64,000 bases of DNA from Marsupella aquatica (taxonomy: Eukaryota > Plantae > Marchantiophyta). The stretch is from contig OZ316897.1 of the NCBI GenBank assembly GCA_973895155.1, positions 7,802,470 through 7,866,469 of the forward strand, read 5' to 3'. The translations under genes and the position numbers were made by a program. How positions within the stretch are numbered: the stretch's first letter is position 1; every line of letters starts with the position of its first letter. This document shows, one piece after another, positions 63,451-64,000 of this stretch. The notes beneath the pieces were generated by a model. That model had not been told where the DNA came from. It saw nothing but the letters and a program-made list of their open reading frames with translations, and searched no databases.

Positions 63451-64000
63451 CAGAATCCTTGAATGTCAATCATGCAATAAAATGGTCAATTTTGAATGTT
63501 GAGTCAACGTACATCTTTACTGAAATAGAGCTTACATTTGAGTGTTTGGCTGTATGAAACTACTCTTGGAAAGAACTAGAATTGAAACTTTCCAGTGTAA
63601 TGTGTACATCGTTAGGAAGCGAATATGCTAGCAGACTTTTCGCACCCCTTTGTCTACTTATGGACCTTTAAGAACGACTTCTCATTAAATCTGTCTAGCC
63701 TGACCCGAGGCCTGACCCTTGCAGCTACGAGGAGGAAGAAGTCTTTTCCCTAAGGTCGGTTCTGGCAAGGCCTCAGTTGAATCACAATGACCGAGGTTGA
63801 TTGGCTGCTCCATCGTGCCACAAGAGGACTCCACTCTGGATTGCAAGGCAGATGATGTCCACTCCCCTCCAAGTGTCCTATTTTCCTGAATGCGGTTAGG
63901 GTGGTTTGGCGGTCGGTGCGGGCGAGGAGCACGATCATATTCAGCTTCATTGGGACCATCCAAATAATAATGTATATCCACCTCAAGTTCTCCCTAGCTG

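Overview
Eukaryotic, intron-rich land-plant DNA; the species cannot be determined from this window. It holds three recognisable host genes, all on the + strand: a SAM-domain protein (14217-17452), a DUF707 protein (29606-34195) and an HIR/band-7 SPFH protein (40668-43250). An unidentified multi-exon gene or pseudogene lies on the - strand at the left edge. Transposon remnants are plentiful: a deleted Ty1/copia, LINE fragments, Helitron ends, a 1.5-kb long-TIR element and a MULE/SWIM transposase pseudogene. The highlight is a 12,756-bp DNA transposon (50161-62916) with 27-bp TIRs and a TTGA 4-bp target duplication, inserted into the MULE gene. It encodes (i) a DUF7869/Sola-like DDD transposase, (ii) a convergent spliced fusion gene: PWWP/SH3-like + ParB-like + beta-class N6/N4 DNA methyltransferase + Ulp1 SUMO protease, and (iii) an F-box protein. 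It also carries about 23 copies of a ~40-bp palindrome (core GGGATAC-N3-GTATCCC or GGGATCC-N2-GGATCCC), phased at ~90 bp inside introns and at 111 bp inside the transposase ORF. This looks like a transposon-borne, ParB/parS-like self-marking or anti-silencing system. This copy is inactivated by a few nonsense changes compatible with C-to-T decay. All gene models and family assignments were read by eye, without database searches.
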